DNA of 64,000 nucleotides. Origin: a virus. Under the pieces are notes generated by a model. The model did not search any database. It had not been told where the DNA came from and saw only the letters and a list, made by a program, of their open reading frames with translations. Numbering within the stretch: position 1 is the stretch's first letter; every line of letters starts with the position of its first letter. The position numbers were made by a program, and so were the translations under genes. The DNA lies in the IMG/VR virus record IMGVR_UViG_3300037246_001677, positions 56,171 to 120,170 of that record; one strand, written 5' to 3'. Shown in pieces: positions 1-8,692 of this stretch.

Positions 1-1
1 A

Positions 2-160
2 GCAATAGATGCAATAAGAAAAGGACATTCAGTTTATATAGCAACAATGAGAGACCTCTTTCCACCTAAAAGTAAAGTATGGAAGAAATTTGCAAAGAAG
101 TATAAATTCTATATGGAGATACTCAAAAAAGAAGGGGATATTAAACCCTATAAAAAATGA
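2..160 (+). CDS. 3' end of hypothetical protein (partial, runs off window)
   Basis: Open frame from base 2 (AIDAIRKGHS...IKPYKK*) ending in TGA overlapping the ATG of the next gene (ATGA). Confidence 0.6.
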   Translation, partial: AIDAIRKGHSVYIATMRDLFPPKSKVWKKFAKKYKFYMEILKKEGDIKPYKK

Positions 161-879
161 AACTCCAAAATTATTTAATAGAAGATAATAAAAGTTTAGC
201 TTACTATACTAAGAAAATTCAAGCCGAGTGCAAACCATTTCTGAAAGAAATTAAAGGCGCACGTGGAACTTTAACTAGACATCAAAAAGCACCAAATCCA
301 GGTGGCGGTGGATCAATAAAAGTCAAAAAAGTAAATACTACTCCAGTATTCAAAAAGACAACCAGAAAAGATAGACAACCACTTGACTCACCATTTGACT
401 TCCATATATTAATAGATGATTGGTTTGCAAATAGTAAATTTGGATGGAGAGCAAGAAGTAGTGCGTTATTCTGTTGGGGCACGCCATTTCCATTACTCGC
501 GTCAGACTGGATGGTATTTCCTGCTGGTAAATTTCAGTATGTTTGGTCACCAAAAGTTACTGATTTATATGGTAAAGTAGAAATATTCTTTGAAAAGGGA
601 AAAGGAGAAAAACGAAAAGCCGAACAAGAATCAGATGGGCCAAAAAGTTTCGGTGATCCATATATGGACCGTGCAACTGATGAAGCATGGGAAGTATTTG
701 AAAAGCAATTAGCTCCAACCTATACAAATAAAAATTTAAAAAAGGCTGTCGTGTCCTCAAAAGAAATAATGGTTAATTGTAGTTACTCATACCTTGTGAG
801 ACAAGAATTAATAGAAAATGTAAATGATTTACTTGATTTAAGACTACAAGGTGCTAAATTCGTTGGAAGAAAATTATGA
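157..879 (+). CDS. Hypothetical protein, putative head-packaged protein; paralogue of 4920..5999, possibly degenerate ADP-ribosyltransferase fold
   Basis: N-term MKLQNYLIE; shares CxPF, DRxPxD, KFGWxARS, FPxGKxxY, DLY and EIMxxC blocks with 4920..5999. Confidence 0.55.
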   Translation: MKLQNYLIEDNKSLAYYTKKIQAECKPFLKEIKGARGTLTRHQKAPNPGGGGSIKVKKVNTTPVFKKTTRKDRQPLDSPFDFHILIDDWFANSKFGWRARSSALFCWGTPFPLLASDWMVFPAGKFQYVWSPKVTDLYGKVEIFFEKGKGEKRKAEQESDGPKSFGDPYMDRATDEAWEVFEKQLAPTYTNKNLKKAVVSSKEIMVNCSYSYLVRQELIENVNDLLDLRLQGAKFVGRKL

Positions 880-1394
880 GACTAAAACAATACTTAATAG
901 AAGTAGAAGATAAAAAAATTTTCCTTGATATGGATGGAGTTATAGTAGATTTTATGGCTTCTGTTGGAAAATTATTTAAGTTAACTGACTTCACAAGTTG
1001 GGAAGCAATGGGGAAAGAGAAATATCGCGAAATAAATAAAATGGGTGAAAGATGGTGGAGTCAAATGAAGTGGACAAACGATGGTAAAAAGCTTTGGAAT
1101 CATCTAAAATCTTATGATGTAACAATTTTGTCCGCAACTCCAGTTGATCCAGTATCAAGAGCAATATCAATCAAAGGAAAAAGAAATTGGTTAACTAAAA
1201 ATATTGGCTCATCCTATGCAAGCAACGCACTTATAGTAATTGGAATTGATAAACAAAAATACGCTGATAAAAACCATATACTTATAGATGATTCAGAAAG
1301 AAATATTAGACAATGGAGAAGTAAAGGCGGAATTGGTATTCTACATAAAAATACTAGCGATACAATTAAACAATTGGAACAATTAAATATATGA
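876..1394 (+). CDS. HAD-superfamily 5'(3')-deoxyribonucleotidase-like phosphatase
   Basis: FLDMDGV motif I, ILSA motif II, K, ILIDD motif IV, W..KGGIGILH C-terminus. Confidence 0.85.
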   Translation: MRLKQYLIEVEDKKIFLDMDGVIVDFMASVGKLFKLTDFTSWEAMGKEKYREINKMGERWWSQMKWTNDGKKLWNHLKSYDVTILSATPVDPVSRAISIKGKRNWLTKNIGSSYASNALIVIGIDKQKYADKNHILIDDSERNIRQWRSKGGIGILHKNTSDTIKQLEQLNI

Positions 1395-2818
1395 AGTTTT
1401 TAGACTACATATCAGAAGCAAGAGAAATGTTAAAAGATTGGCAATCATATGTGAGTAAAAATCCAGAGCTTGCCGCTGGAGTTAAAGTACTCCAAAAAAT
1501 AAACAAAGCTGGATATAAGGCTTACATTGTTGGTGGACCAGTACGTGATATTACCCTTGGTATTCAACCCAAAGATATTGATATAGCAACAAATATGCCA
1601 ATGAAAGAACTTGATAAAATGTTTAGAACTTATGATATTGGTAAGTCAAAAGATTTTGGTATATTAGTTGTAAAGGAGGGAGGTAATGATTTTGAAGTCG
1701 CCCAGTTTAGAACTGATGGAAAATACATTGATGGACGAAGACCGGAGTCAGTCAAAATCCAAGGAAGCTTTGAAGATGATGCTGGTCGCAGAGATTTTAC
1801 AATTAATGCAATGGGAGTTAATGCGAAAGGAGAGATCATTGACTACTTCGATGGCAAACGAGATATTAAGAACAAAGTGCTCCGCACCGTGGGAGACCCC
1901 TTAAAAAGGTTTGGTGAGGACTACTTACGAATGATGCGCCTTGCAAGATTTTCTTCAAGACTTGGATTTGAAATTGATCCAGAAACAAAGAAAGCTGCTA
2001 AGAAACTTTCACCTAATATACTAAGTCTTGCACCAGAAAGAGTTAAAGATGAGTTAATGAAGTCAGCCGCCCAGAGTGGTGAGAAGTTTGCTCAATATAT
2101 TCAGATACTTGGAGACTTAAAAATACTTAGAATTATCTTACCAGAAGTAATGAATTTAAAATGGTTTAGAGAAAACTTACAACATCACCCAGAAACAAGA
2201 GGTGAGGGTGGTACAGTATACAGTCATGTAATGGCTGCATTGAAACAAAGTAAAACAGCGGACCCAATTAAAAACCTAGCTATTTTACTACATGATATTG
2301 GTAAAGGAGTCACGTTTGCACCGAAGCCAGGTGCTGGAACACCAACATATTATAGACATGCAAGAAAAAGCGTTCGGTTAGTCAATGCAATTGCTGATAG
2401 ACTTAAAATGAGTAATAAAGAACGTGATGCTCTTATATTTGGCGTTGGTAACCACATGAAATTTCATCAAATACTGGATATGAAACCATCTAAAATAGCC
2501 AGGCTTGTGTCAGATGAAAACTGGGAAGTACTTGTGGCTGTCGGTAAAGCGGATGAGTTTTCTCGTGGTAAAACTTTTATGCACTCTGGTGATTTTGAAA
2601 AAATAGTTGATAAGGCAATTAAGATAAAAGAGAAATATGGAACAAAAGAAGTAGTAAAAAGAATAAAGCTTGTTAATGGAAACCATGTTATGAAAATAAC
2701 TGGTTTACCACAAGGAAAGAAAGTTGGTGATATAATTAGGAAAACAACCGAGTGGATCATGGACAACGATGTAAAAGATAAAGAAGTAATTGATAATTAT
2801 ATAATGAGTTTAGCATGA
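1391..2818 (+). CDS. cca: Class II CCA-adding tRNA nucleotidyltransferase with HD domain
   Basis: VGGPVRD, KDIDIAT, RRDFTINAM, RFGEDYLRMMR motifs; HD domain (HHPE, LLHDIGK, RHA). Confidence 0.9.
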   Translation: MKFLDYISEAREMLKDWQSYVSKNPELAAGVKVLQKINKAGYKAYIVGGPVRDITLGIQPKDIDIATNMPMKELDKMFRTYDIGKSKDFGILVVKEGGNDFEVAQFRTDGKYIDGRRPESVKIQGSFEDDAGRRDFTINAMGVNAKGEIIDYFDGKRDIKNKVLRTVGDPLKRFGEDYLRMMRLARFSSRLGFEIDPETKKAAKKLSPNILSLAPERVKDELMKSAAQSGEKFAQYIQILGDLKILRIILPEVMNLKWFRENLQHHPETRGEGGTVYSHVMAALKQSKTADPIKNLAILLHDIGKGVTFAPKPGAGTPTYYRHARKSVRLVNAIADRLKMSNKERDALIFGVGNHMKFHQILDMKPSKIARLVSDENWEVLVAVGKADEFSRGKTFMHSGDFEKIVDKAIKIKEKYGTKEVVKRIKLVNGNHVMKITGLPQGKKVGDIIRKTTEWIMDNDVKDKEVIDNYIMSLA

Positions 2819-3036
2819 GATTAAGAGAATTTATAGAGAAGAAAACACAAGAGGAGCTAAGAGGTGATCTTATTAGAGCTATTGACTTGTCTAAGGACAC
2901 TGAAGATATGATGCAAGCAGTAGCACTTATTACTTCTGCTTCACAAGAATTAGAGAATGATACTCTTATTTTTGTTCAACATTATTTTGATAAAAAATGG
3001 GGAAATATGAGATCACAAGTGAGAAGCGTGGGATGA
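2815..3036 (+). CDS. Small hypothetical protein
   Basis: ATGA-coupled on both sides; N-term MRLREFIE. Confidence 0.6.
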   Translation: MRLREFIEKKTQEELRGDLIRAIDLSKDTEDMMQAVALITSASQELENDTLIFVQHYFDKKWGNMRSQVRSVG

Positions 3037-3227
3037 AATTCAAAGAATACATAGAAGAAGGAAAGGAAGCAAAATTCATAAAGGCTATTAAAGGTGCTGT
3101 GTCCATGGCTCAAGCCAGAAGATATAAAGAGTTATTTCATCTAATGGATATGAGTGAGAAAGAAAGAGAAAAAATAAAAAAAGCACTAGATATTAAGTTA
3201 TCATCATTAGAGAAGAAAAGGAAATGA
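3033..3227 (+). CDS. Small hypothetical protein
   Basis: Start reassigned to ATG 3033 (ATGA overlap), N-term MKFKEYIEE. Confidence 0.6.
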   Translation: MKFKEYIEEGKEAKFIKAIKGAVSMAQARRYKELFHLMDMSEKEREKIKKALDIKLSSLEKKRK

Positions 3228-4648
3228 ATAAATTCAATGACTTCATATTTGATGGATTAGGACCAGCGGATCAGTTCAAAAAAATAAAAGTAATAAATGA
3301 AAAATCAGATAAAACATTTGACTTCAACGTTTTAATACTTACTAGCAAAGCTGATGAAAATCCAGATGGTCTTTACCAAACTGCAGAACGACTTGCTGAT
3401 GAATGTACTAAAAAGGGAATATCAAATTATATAATGTTTTCAGAATCAGCAAGGTTAGAGTTGGACGATGATGGAAATTATACTGCATATAACTTAGAAG
3501 ACCCCACTGGTTTTCCAGTTCTACCAGACAAAACTGTCGCCATAAACAGAGGTTCTGTTATGGAAAAGTTTAACTCACGTAATATAATTTCACAATTAGA
3601 AAGGGGAAACATCTTTTGTATAAACTGTAGAGAGTGTATAGAAGTGTGTAATGATAAGTATAGAACAATATTAAGACTCGCGGACGCTGGTATTGCCTCA
3701 CCAAAAACAGTGCTCATACAGGGAGAAGAAGGAATAGATGATGCAGTAGAACAAATTGGTGGTAAATTCCCATATATATTAAAAACATTATTTGGGTCCA
3801 AAGGAATTGGGGTTATGTTTGTTGAATCATTAAAATCATTAAAATCAATGCTTCAGCTTATATGGAAAGTAAGTGAAGATGAAGAACTTATACTTCAAGA
3901 ATACATACCAACAGATTATGATGTAAGAGTTCACGTTTTAGGTGATGAAGTTATTGCCGCTATGAGAAGATATATAATAAAAGATGACTTCAGAAGTAAC
4001 TACTCACAAGGTGGTAAAGTAACCAAACATAAATTATCAGATATTGAAAAAGAAGCTTGTATTAAATCCTCAAAAGCCGTTGGTGCTTCATGGAGTGGTG
4101 TGGATTACATTCTTAACAGTAAAAAAGAGCCATTAGTAATAGAAGTAAATGCTTCACCGGGAACCGAAGGCATAGAAGAGGCAACTAAAGAAAATGTAGT
4201 TGGTAAAATATTAGATTGGGCCGGTGATAAAAGTAACTGGGATAAAGTATCCAAAGAAATTGGATATAAAGAAATGGTTAAAGTTAATGGATTTGACCTT
4301 GTAGCTAAATTTGATACAGGAAATGGACTTCTTTCTGTAATGCACGCTGATAAATATGAAATTAATAAGAAGAAGAAATTGGTTACTTGGACATCACATG
4401 GTAAAAAGTTTGAGAATGAATTAAAAGACATAGAGGAAGTAGAAGTTGGTGGAGCTAAAAATTATACTGAAAAAAGACCAGAAATAGAACTAGATATGTT
4501 CTTTGATGGTGTGTTATATAAAGAAGTGGGGTTTACCTTAGATGATAGATCAGACAGGACACCAATATTAATAGATCGTAGTTTTATGAAAAGAGCAAAT
4601 GTTTCGGTCAATCCAGCCAAACAGTTTGTAATAACTGTAGAGGAGTAA
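3224..4648 (+). CDS. rimK: RimK-family ATP-grasp ligase fused to C-terminal retropepsin-like (RimK-associated) protease domain
   Basis: NDKYRT, PKT, GSKGIGV, ILQEYI, DVRVHV, DFRSNYSQGG, GVD, VIEVNASPG; C-term AKFDTGNG, RPEIEL, FTLDDRS, ILIDRSFM. Confidence 0.85.
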   Translation: MNKFNDFIFDGLGPADQFKKIKVINEKSDKTFDFNVLILTSKADENPDGLYQTAERLADECTKKGISNYIMFSESARLELDDDGNYTAYNLEDPTGFPVLPDKTVAINRGSVMEKFNSRNIISQLERGNIFCINCRECIEVCNDKYRTILRLADAGIASPKTVLIQGEEGIDDAVEQIGGKFPYILKTLFGSKGIGVMFVESLKSLKSMLQLIWKVSEDEELILQEYIPTDYDVRVHVLGDEVIAAMRRYIIKDDFRSNYSQGGKVTKHKLSDIEKEACIKSSKAVGASWSGVDYILNSKKEPLVIEVNASPGTEGIEEATKENVVGKILDWAGDKSNWDKVSKEIGYKEMVKVNGFDLVAKFDTGNGLLSVMHADKYEINKKKKLVTWTSHGKKFENELKDIEEVEVGGAKNYTEKRPEIELDMFFDGVLYKEVGFTLDDRSDRTPILIDRSFMKRANVSVNPAKQFVITVEE

Positions 4649-4650
4649 TA

Positions 4651-4923
4651 ATGAAACTTGATAAGTACTTAAAAGAAGAAAGACTGCATAGTAAAGATAA
4701 AAGAGCTATAATGGGATTTATGAAAAATCCACCTAAATCTAAAACCGCCCATAAGATGCAGAGTGGTGAATTATTTAAGGTGGAGCCTACCAGTAATGGA
4801 GTCAAATTTATTTACGACAAGGATGACTTTGAACTTGTCACTACTCTTGTAGACATAGCAGACTCCCTTGGTGGGTATAAATTTCAATCAAAACCAGGTG
4901 TATTTATAGTGATGGTAAAATGA
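4651..4923 (+). CDS. Small hypothetical protein
   Basis: ORF in coupled block, N-term MKLDKYLKEE. Confidence 0.6.
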   Translation: MKLDKYLKEERLHSKDKRAIMGFMKNPPKSKTAHKMQSGELFKVEPTSNGVKFIYDKDDFELVTTLVDIADSLGGYKFQSKPGVFIVMVK

Positions 4924-5999
4924 AATTTACTGAGTATATAGATGAGTCCTCAAAGCGTGAATTGAAATTATATGGTATGATTCAATCTTTATACAAAAAT
5001 TGCGCTCCATTTATAAAAGAGTTAAGAAAGTCAGGTGAAAATAAAGTACTGTGGAGAGGAACCAATAAAATCAGCACAACAACAATAAAACAAGTAACTC
5101 CAAGACAAGACCGTGCTCCAAAAGATATGCCAGTAGAAATACACGACGAACTTGATGTAAGATTCAAAAAGAAATTTGGATGGATGGCGAGAAGTGAAGG
5201 TGTGTTTATTACATCACAAAGAGCATCAGCGGAAACTTATGGTGATGGTTATATATTTTTTCCAGTAGGAAAATATGAGTACTTATATAATCCATTTATT
5301 AGTGATTTATATTCAGAAGTGGATTCTGATTTAGATATATATAATGCATTTGTTGAAGGAGAAAATGCTGAATGGGAAATGGAATGGGAAAATGAGTATG
5401 GAGAAAATGAGTATGGAACATGGTATTATTTAGGAACAGACACAGGAGAGTCTGACACAGAAGAAGCAACAATAGCAGCAGCAGAGGCAGAAGGAATTGA
5501 ATATGATGAACATGATCTTGAAAACATAGAAAATGATTTAGAGTGGACTCCTGAAGTGTCATTACAAGATTATTTGGATGAAAAAAAAGAAGGAGCAAAA
5601 GAAGAAGGAGTATATAATTTAGAACAAGTTTTGAAAGGTTATAGGTCCACTAATTTAGGATTGGCTATAAAAAGGAAAGTGGAAATTATGTTCAAATGTA
5701 AAAGTTATTATTTAATCGAAGGTCATTTCAAAAAGGATATTATAAAATATGTGTTGGAAGGTAAACCAATGAAGTTTAATCCTAAGCAAAAAGAACTTCC
5801 ATTTGTCAGGGATCCAAATTGGAGAAAAAAACCAGGGGTAAAACCAGCATTCATTGATCCATACAGCTTAGAAGACTGGAAAGTATCCGGACTTGGTATG
5901 AAAGCAGCCCATCAAAAGTTTGGTAAGTTAATGTCAAAAGCTAAAAAGGGACACCAGAAACCAGTAATTAAAAATAAACTTAAGAAATTAATTAAGTAA
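4920..5999 (+). CDS. Putative ADP-ribosyltransferase-fold protein with acidic insert
   Basis: LWRG, GVFITS, A..YG, VEIMF spaced like the R-S-E ART signature; N-term MKFTEYIDE. Confidence 0.45.
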   Translation: MKFTEYIDESSKRELKLYGMIQSLYKNCAPFIKELRKSGENKVLWRGTNKISTTTIKQVTPRQDRAPKDMPVEIHDELDVRFKKKFGWMARSEGVFITSQRASAETYGDGYIFFPVGKYEYLYNPFISDLYSEVDSDLDIYNAFVEGENAEWEMEWENEYGENEYGTWYYLGTDTGESDTEEATIAAAEAEGIEYDEHDLENIENDLEWTPEVSLQDYLDEKKEGAKEEGVYNLEQVLKGYRSTNLGLAIKRKVEIMFKCKSYYLIEGHFKKDIIKYVLEGKPMKFNPKQKELPFVRDPNWRKKPGVKPAFIDPYSLEDWKVSGLGMKAAHQKFGKLMSKAKKGHQKPVIKNKLKKLIK

Positions 6000-7440
6000 T
6001 CTCTATCTTATCAATATCAATGGTATCACCCTCTTCAAATAAGTACTCTGATATATGAAATTTTTCGGAGTCGTAGTATCTATACCTTACATCACCATGC
6101 TTTTCAAAGAAAGTAGTGTGGTCATGTAAGTCAAAGATGTACGCTCCGTTTTCTTTGTCCGCGTGGCTCCTCAAAGCCCTACCTATTGACTGCAGTACTC
6201 TAATTTTAGATTTAAATGGCGAGGCCAAAATAATATACTTCAAGTTTGGAATATTGATCCCCTGTTGAAAAATACCATAAGTAGCTATAAGTGCTACATC
6301 CTTACGGTCTTTCATTTTATTTCTCCACTCTTCTCTTAACTCAACAGAATCCCTACCTGACAAGAACACTACTTCTTTATTAGTGATTAAATTATCTTTT
6401 AGATAATCACCTTCTTTCTCCACTTTACCAACCAACAATAATGTATTGTGGTCAAAACGATCAACCAACCTATTAATGATAGATAATCTAAACTCGTTTG
6501 TAAAAACTTCATCTTTAACTTCATCATAAGTACCTTCATGTCGATCTCCTTTATATTCTAAATTTAACACATTAACATTACACTTACTGATAAATCCTTT
6601 ATCAGCTAATAACCCCGATGGATACTCTTTTAGAATTGGGCCAAGATATGATTTAGTGTTCCAATTATCAAGTACTCCGGAGTGCATGGTTCCTGTAAAT
6701 CCTAATCTATATCTTGCTCTAACTGACTTCACTAAAATCTTTTTTAATTCAAAGGCTTTTGATTGGTGTACTTCATCTACAATCACACAATTATAATTCA
6801 TCAACTTATCATGGTTATTCTTAAGCGTCTGCCAAGTTGATATAGTTATTGGATAATCCCATTGCTTTGACTTACCATGTACTCTACCTATAAAATCCTC
6901 TGGTATGCCATACTCTATCATATCACCATAAAATTGCTCAACCAAACTAATTGTAGGCACAATAATTATAGCGTTTTCAACACCAGATTTTTTCCTTTCC
7001 AATAGAGTTTTAACTACATATGATATGACTAATGACTTACCGCTGGCAGTGGCTGACCTAATTATTCCTTTGGTATATTTAAGACAGGCACGTATACTTT
7101 CTTTCTGATAATTGCGTGGGTATAGTGATAGGTTATATCTGGGTATGAATTTTGGTCCTTTAAATAATGACTTCACTTCAGTATCAACAGTTAACTTATG
7201 CCTTGGAAAGTGCATCTTATGTATTTTAATTAACTCAAATAATAAACCATAAGGTAACGTATCAAACCTATGCATCATACAGGTTTTACCATTCCAACCA
7301 CCACTTCTATACTGAGGCATATACTGAAATCCCTCTACGTATTCAGTAAAGTGTTCTTTCATACCATCAAGATAATCAACATCTTCTGTGTTTATTTTTA
7401 TCAGCATTGGATTCTGCTGGCTAATATTTACTAATTCCAT
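5992..7440 (-). CDS. uvsW: UvsW-like SF2 DNA helicase
   Basis: PRNYQ, SATASGKS, IIVPT, VDEVH, GFTGT, QGINIPNL, LQSIGRALR; start probably ATG 7440 or 7449 rather than 7578. Confidence 0.9.
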   Translation of the reverse strand: MELVNISQQNPMLIKINTEDVDYLDGMKEHFTEYVEGFQYMPQYRSGGWNGKTCMMHRFDTLPYGLLFELIKIHKMHFPRHKLTVDTEVKSLFKGPKFIPRYNLSLYPRNYQKESIRACLKYTKGIIRSATASGKSLVISYVVKTLLERKKSGVENAIIIVPTISLVEQFYGDMIEYGIPEDFIGRVHGKSKQWDYPITISTWQTLKNNHDKLMNYNCVIVDEVHQSKAFELKKILVKSVRARYRLGFTGTMHSGVLDNWNTKSYLGPILKEYPSGLLADKGFISKCNVNVLNLEYKGDRHEGTYDEVKDEVFTNEFRLSIINRLVDRFDHNTLLLVGKVEKEGDYLKDNLITNKEVVFLSGRDSVELREEWRNKMKDRKDVALIATYGIFQQGINIPNLKYIILASPFKSKIRVLQSIGRALRSHADKENGAYIFDLHDHTTFFEKHGDVRYRYYDSEKFHISEYLFEEGDTIDIDKIEIT

Positions 7441-7651
7441 TTCTTTCATTTTTATCATATACTTTCTGAGCTTGACCACGTAATAACATACTGATTTTAT
7501 ACCAAACAATTGTATCTTCACATCCACATGGACATAAGTCCGGTGACCAACTACCACCACCTTTAAAATGTCTTTCATGAGTTAAACAATTTTCACAAAA
7601 TATATCTCTCCCCTTTCCCGTCCATCCTTTTTCTATTGGTAATTTTGTCAT
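7421..7651 (-). CDS. Small Cys-rich hypothetical protein
   Basis: CENC...CPCGC; coupled to neighbours. Confidence 0.55.
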   Translation of the reverse strand: MTKLPIEKGWTGKGRDIFCENCLTHERHFKGGGSWSPDLCPCGCEDTIVWYKISMLLRGQAQKVYDKNERNGISKY

Positions 7652-7890
7652 TATACTAAAATATCTTCATCCTTTAAAAATTCTTTTTTTTCTGGGTATT
7701 CATGTACTCCAAGTGGTATATAAGGTGTATAATAAAAACACTCTTCCCAATTAACATACCATCTACCTTTTAATTTACGCTCACGCTCAACTAATCTTGT
7801 CTTTACTATTTTAAATGAAATTTCAGATAATCCATTTGCCATTGGTTGGACACCACATATTTCCTCAGCTATTAAATTTGGCAATCTCAT
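7651..7890 (-). CDS. Small protein composed of gp23 major-capsid-like motifs
   Basis: PNLIAEEICGVQPM, RKLKGRW, YYTPYIPL resemble three motifs of the capsid protein at 52209. Confidence 0.6.
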   Translation of the reverse strand: MRLPNLIAEEICGVQPMANGLSEISFKIVKTRLVERERKLKGRWYVNWEECFYYTPYIPLGVHEYPEKKEFLKDEDILV

Positions 7891-8181
7891 ATCCCTATCC
7901 TCACAATTATATCAATTACTTTATCACTAATTTCTGTTTGTTCAAGATTACAAAGATAATGACCAAACACATGTTTAGCATGGTACTCATATGAAGTATC
8001 TAATTTACCTTTCACAAATAATCTAATTACTTGTGGACTAGTAAAATCACATAGCTCGTCATGATACGTTCCAAAAAATAATGGTACTGGTAAGTCATAT
8101 TTTATACATAATGATTCTATCATTTTAAACACGTTTTGAAATCTATCACCTTCTAACCATTTACTCATATCCCTATCCTCA
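7886..8181. repeat. 18-bp exact direct repeat CTCATATCCCTATCCTCA at 7886-7903 and 8164-8181
   Basis: Read directly; flanks ORF 7887..8168; both upstream proteins end RIGI*. Confidence 0.9.
7887..8168 (-). CDS. Hypothetical protein with HxxGH metal-binding-like motif
   Basis: Start reassigned to ATG 8168 (ATGA overlap with uvsY stop); AKHVFGHYL. Confidence 0.55.
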   Translation of the reverse strand: MSKWLEGDRFQNVFKMIESLCIKYDLPVPLFFGTYHDELCDFTSPQVIRLFVKGKLDTSYEYHAKHVFGHYLCNLEQTEISDKVIDIIVRIGI

Positions 8182-8593
8182 TTGCATCTATAAATGACTT
8201 CATTCTCCACCCTACCTGTTCAAAGGCTTTAAATGCAATCTCAAAAAATCTCACTCTTGCTTTTTGCCTTGCCATAATTCTTTTCATCTGAATTATTTTA
8301 TCATCGGATGGTATACAGTACTTCTCTATTTCAGGTTTAGACCACTCTTTGTCGTCGTCAAATCTATAAAATTTATACCGAATACCAACTAACTTTTCAT
8401 ATTTCATTTCCAGTTCTTCCATCACTGCAAGTTCTTTATAATATAACTCTTTGTATTTAACAATCATAAATGGATTTTCTTCCAGCTTTTCTGTTAAATT
8501 CAAATCTGTAAATCTGACCATATCATGAATTGGGTGGTCCTCAAGTAGGTCTTTTACAATATTTTCTTCCTTCGTCATACTAAATTCCTCCAT
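8165..8593 (-). CDS. uvsY: UvsY-like recombination mediator
   Basis: ~140 aa helical protein next to uvsW; C-term FEQVGWRMKSFID resembles UvsY C-terminal motif. Confidence 0.7.
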   Translation of the reverse strand: MEEFSMTKEENIVKDLLEDHPIHDMVRFTDLNLTEKLEENPFMIVKYKELYYKELAVMEELEMKYEKLVGIRYKFYRFDDDKEWSKPEIEKYCIPSDDKIIQMKRIMARQKARVRFFEIAFKAFEQVGWRMKSFIDAMRIGI

Positions 8594-8598
8594 GAGTA

Positions 8599-8627
8599 AT
8601 TATATCGGATTAAATATAATATGTAAA
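8599..8627 (-). promoter_or_regulatory. Sigma70-type promoter TTTACA-17-TATAAT driving uvsY/uvsW
   Basis: Reverse complement reads ATTTACA tattatatttaatccga TATAAT. Confidence 0.7.
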
Positions 8628-8635
8628 TTCATATA

Positions 8636-8664
8636 TTTACTTTTCGCTGTATTTAGTGTATAAT
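8636..8664 (+). promoter_or_regulatory. Sigma70-type promoter TTTACT-17-TATAAT driving replication genes
   Basis: TTTACT 8636-8641, TATAAT 8659-8664, then GGAGAGG SD. Confidence 0.7.
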
Positions 8665-8692
8665 ATAGAAAAGGGATGGAGAGGAAAATAAC

